From positions 1 to 64,000 of the IMG/VR virus record IMGVR_UViG_3300035142_000037: 64,000 nucleotides of DNA; one strand, given 5' to 3'. Shown one piece after another: positions 60,793-64,000 of the stretch. This DNA is from a virus. The number at the start of each line of letters is the position of its first letter. Position 1 is the stretch's first letter. Under the pieces are notes generated by a model. The model was not told the DNA's origin, made no database searches, and worked only from the letters and a program-made list of their open reading frames with translations. The translations under genes and the position numbers were made by a program.

Positions 60793-63449
60793 TTAACTAT
60801 AAAAAAAACATATCCATAATAGAATCATATAACCAGGAAATGGCAAAGAAAATTGATGAAGCAAAACAGCCTGATTATATTAAGATTTTAAAAGCCCGTA
60901 ATAAACAAGAGAATTTTCTATATAAACACGGATCTTCTTTTTTTGCTGCTTATGACATGAATAATCCTAACAAAGTAATTCGTACAATTTTGAAAAAAGA
61001 AGAGTTTCATAAAGACAAAGGAAGTATTTTAATCGGAGCTGGGTTAGGACATTACGTATATGAATTTTGCAGGCATAAGCAGAAAGAACACCGGCTTATA
61101 GTCCTGGAACCATATCCATGGTTTATTAAGAAAACCTTTGAAAATTATGATTTGTCAAAGTGGTTTTCAAATGGTACTCTCATGTTTGTAGGTCGGGAAA
61201 TGGACCTTAACTATGCGGTGGGGGCCATAGATACTATTGCGGTTATTCAGGGATGGAACGTGATCTGTTCAAATTATGCCTATAATCGGCCGAATGAATA
61301 CGGGAGTTATATTGAATATGCAAATGGCCTGGTGAACCAGTTACATTGCAATATTGGGACGGTGATGGGGGCCGGTCCACAGATAGCGAAGAATGACATT
61401 ATGAACCTGCCGTATATAATTAGACACCGGGGGGTGAATATACTTAAGGATGTATTCAAGGGATGCCCTGCCGTGATAGTAAGTACCGGGCCAAGCCTGG
61501 AAAAAAATGTATTCCATCTGAAAAAGATGGGATCCAGGGTAATTATAATTGCGGTTGCCCAGGCATTACGGGTATTATTGGCATATGATATCAAACCGGA
61601 TTTTATATGCACGGTGGATTATGGAAAAGTGAATGAGGATCACTTTAAGGGACTATATGACTGCAATGTCCCGTTGGTAGCACTTAATCGGACATATGCG
61701 CCTATACTGAAAAAATGGAAAGGTACAAAGTATATTGTATCAAGCCAGCCAGAAATACAGGAATTTAAGGATACGGTAACCGGGATAATTGCACAAAAAG
61801 GTAGTCTTGCCCAGGGAGGTAGTGTGTCTCATATGGCTTTCAGTTTGGGAATGCATATGGGATGTGATCCGCTTATTCTGATAGGGCAGGACCTGGGCTA
61901 TCCGGATGACAAATCTCATATACCGCTTGCAGACGCTTCAGGAAAAATAATCGAAAAAGACGGCAGACTCGAATGGGACATAAAAGACGGGCGGTCTTCT
62001 TTAGGGAAGCAAAAATATCTTATGAGCAATACAGTGATGGCTCATGGGTATTATGGGGGATTCGTGAGAACAAACCGGGGGTTAGCATCGTTTATCATAA
62101 CTTTTGAACGGATTATCGCAGATTTAAAAGATTCGAAAATTGTGATAAATGCTACAGAGGGAGGGGCCAGGATAAAAGGAGCTTTACAATATACTCTTAG
62201 AGAAGCAATAGAAAAATATGCAAAATTTAACATAAATAAAAAGCGAATTAAGAATTATTCTGGATTGGTTGAAAATTCAGATAAAATAATTAAAGCGGTT
62301 ATACCTTTATTGGATTATGAAATCGATATTATGAAAGAAGTGGCCGGGAATGCGAAAAAAGGATTAAAGACCGTTGAGGAAATGAAAAAGTTGAACAAAG
62401 GTAAGGAAAATAAAGAAGAGATTCAGGAATTACTAAAACAGAATAAAGAGCATTCAGTAAAAGCTCAGGAAAAGGCGCAAAAGTTACCTCTTCTCGGGTT
62501 GATGATATATCACGAAAGTCGGTTAATCCAGAATAAAGAATTGAAGGTGACAGGGAAAATCAGACATGTGTTAAAAAACCGGGATGATTTGGAGATCAGG
62601 CTAAACCGGAATAAAATTATCCTTACCGCAGCAAAAAAAGCCTGTGAGGAATTGATAGGGTTGTACAAAAAAACAAAGCAGATATTGCAAGATCACCTGA
62701 ACGGAAAAGATGTATTGACTTCAAAAGAAAAATATATACCGGACATCTCGGACGCAGAGGAAATGTTTGATGCAGGGAATTGGGGACGGCCATTATTGGA
62801 AGCACAACAGCTATTGAAAATGAAAGGCTTAGAACAATTTGATATAAATAGAGCAAATAGTACAATAGAAATAGCAAAACAAATGCGTAAAGAATCTATT
62901 GAGCGAAATAAAAAAGAAAATGTAGATAACTCACAGTTAATTCGGTATTTTCGATATATAGAAAAAGCCAGGAAGAAAGGACAGAAAGCAGAGTTTCAAG
63001 AAGCATTAACCCTGCTTAAAGAAGCGGTAGCATTGTTCCCGGATCGAGAAGAGGGACTATGGGGATACGCTACAATACTCCATCATTGTAAAAGAATACA
63101 AGAGGCACTTAAGCAATACAAAAAGCTTATGGAAATAGCCCCGGATAATCTACAATACAAGTTTGAATATGGCCAGGTACTGATGCGGGAAGATATACAG
63201 GCTGGTATGAAAGTTATTGGGGAGGTAATGGCAAAAACAGAGGAATTTGACCATTTCCTTGTCCGGGTAGGTGACCTATATTTTGAAAAGGGCATGTACG
63301 ATCAGGCTATAATAGCATATGAGAACTTCCATAAGAAATACCCCCCGGACCCTGGAAGTTTGACAAATCTTGCGAAGTCGTATACAATGATAGGTAAGAA
63401 ACGATTAGCCGATAAGCTGATTAGGAAATACAAGGCATGGGTGAAATAA
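60789..63449 (+). CDS. Maf-like (DUF115/MptE-like) glycosyltransferase with C-terminal TPR repeats
   Basis: 886 aa; ..GCPAVIVSTGPSLEKN.. core motif of DUF115; C-terminal about 200 aa with TPR-like periodicity. Confidence 0.75.
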   Translation: MINYKKNISIIESYNQEMAKKIDEAKQPDYIKILKARNKQENFLYKHGSSFFAAYDMNNPNKVIRTILKKEEFHKDKGSILIGAGLGHYVYEFCRHKQKEHRLIVLEPYPWFIKKTFENYDLSKWFSNGTLMFVGREMDLNYAVGAIDTIAVIQGWNVICSNYAYNRPNEYGSYIEYANGLVNQLHCNIGTVMGAGPQIAKNDIMNLPYIIRHRGVNILKDVFKGCPAVIVSTGPSLEKNVFHLKKMGSRVIIIAVAQALRVLLAYDIKPDFICTVDYGKVNEDHFKGLYDCNVPLVALNRTYAPILKKWKGTKYIVSSQPEIQEFKDTVTGIIAQKGSLAQGGSVSHMAFSLGMHMGCDPLILIGQDLGYPDDKSHIPLADASGKIIEKDGRLEWDIKDGRSSLGKQKYLMSNTVMAHGYYGGFVRTNRGLASFIITFERIIADLKDSKIVINATEGGARIKGALQYTLREAIEKYAKFNINKKRIKNYSGLVENSDKIIKAVIPLLDYEIDIMKEVAGNAKKGLKTVEEMKKLNKGKENKEEIQELLKQNKEHSVKAQEKAQKLPLLGLMIYHESRLIQNKELKVTGKIRHVLKNRDDLEIRLNRNKIILTAAKKACEELIGLYKKTKQILQDHLNGKDVLTSKEKYIPDISDAEEMFDAGNWGRPLLEAQQLLKMKGLEQFDINRANSTIEIAKQMRKESIERNKKENVDNSQLIRYFRYIEKARKKGQKAEFQEALTLLKEAVALFPDREEGLWGYATILHHCKRIQEALKQYKKLMEIAPDNLQYKFEYGQVLMREDIQAGMKVIGEVMAKTEEFDHFLVRVGDLYFEKGMYDQAIIAYENFHKKYPPDPGSLTNLAKSYTMIGKKRLADKLIRKYKAWVK

Positions 63450-64000
63450 GTGGCAAGTAAAAAAGTAATCAAAATAAAGTGTGAAGGAACCCAATACGTA
63501 GATTTTCATAAGCTTAATGAATTTCAGGAAGACATTAAACAAAGCTCAAGAGAGGATTTGGATAAGCTAAAAGAAGAAATTAAGAAAGCGTTTAAACTGC
63601 CGTTTAGTTTATGGAAAAATAAAGAAAAGTGGTGGATTTTAGACGGACATCAAAGAAAAAAAGCTTTAACAGAATTGGAAAAAGAAGGATGGTGTGTTCC
63701 TCTACTTCCTGCGGTAGAAATTAAAGCAGGTACAAAAGCAGAAGCAAAAAAAAATGTATTACTTTTCATTTCTCAAACCGGGGAAGTAGATAAAGATAAG
63801 CTTAAAATATATGTTGAGCAATACAAAATTGAGTTGAAAAATATTGTGATTCGCCATAAAGAAATGGAAATAGAGCCTATCAGATTAAATATAATTGAAA
63901 ATACCGGGTTAATAGGAACTGATCAAAAAAGTAAATATCTACAAAATCGAATGATGATTAAAGTAGGGGATATTGAGTTTTTTCTTAAAAAAAAGGATTA
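63450..64000 (+). CDS. ParB/Srx-like N-terminal domain protein, 3' end off-window
   Basis: GTG start abutting the Maf-like stop; ..WWILDGHQR.. motif. Confidence 0.6.
   Translation, partial: MASKKVIKIKCEGTQYVDFHKLNEFQEDIKQSSREDLDKLKEEIKKAFKLPFSLWKNKEKWWILDGHQRKKALTELEKEGWCVPLLPAVEIKAGTKAEAKKNVLLFISQTGEVDKDKLKIYVEQYKIELKNIVIRHKEMEIEPIRLNIIENTGLIGTDQKSKYLQNRMMIKVGDIEFFLKKKD

Overview
This AT-rich window reads as part of a tailed-phage genome, either a virion genome or a prophage interior. No integrase or host flank is visible, and almost all genes are on the + strand.

Layout:
- 1-2.4 kb: 5'-truncated radical-SAM gene, small terminase-like gene and large terminase.
- 2.8-6.9 kb: accessory structural block with a fibre-like protein.
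- 6.8-14.2 kb: HK97-type head module (portal, MuF-like protein, prohead protease, major capsid, connectors).
- 14.5-28.4 kb: Mu-like contractile tail and baseplate. It holds a DUF2635-like protein, sheath, tube, a chaperone with a -1 frameshift, tape measure, DNA-circulation protein, gp44-48 homologues and a Cys-repeat fibre. A promoter-driven membrane-protein moron interrupts it.
- 28.7-31.2 kb: putative lysis cassette.
- 31.3-32.1 kb: short leftward operon behind back-to-back divergent promoters.
- 32.2-49 kb: long early region of very small genes, many of them Zn-ribbon-like. It also holds a Sak4-like ATPase, a PD-(D/E)XK nuclease, an iteron-containing replication initiator and a DnaC-like loader.
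- 49.4-52.3 kb and 63.45 kb onward: DNA-modification-type genes (gp37/gp68-like, DUF1643-like, methyltransferase, PAPS-reductase-like, ParB-like).
- 53.9-54.1 kb: three tRNAs.
- 54.1-63.4 kb: nonulosonic-acid (pseudaminic/legionaminic-type) biosynthesis operon ending in a Maf-like (DUF115) glycosyltransferase with a TPR tail.

The most unusual content is RNA-level:
1. At least five sigma70-like promoters are each followed by a ~90-nt leader. The helices interleave in the same order in every copy and end in a U-tract just before the first gene.
2. A family of tRNA-like elements has intact acceptor and T-arms but defective D or anticodon arms. They sit directly in front of start codons.
3. A ~620-nt GC-rich structured locus (44.15-44.77 kb) carries three T-arm modules.
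4. Two further structured RNAs lie at 32.75-33.0 kb and 37.60-37.75 kb.

All family names come from motif recognition by eye. No searches or folding programs were run.
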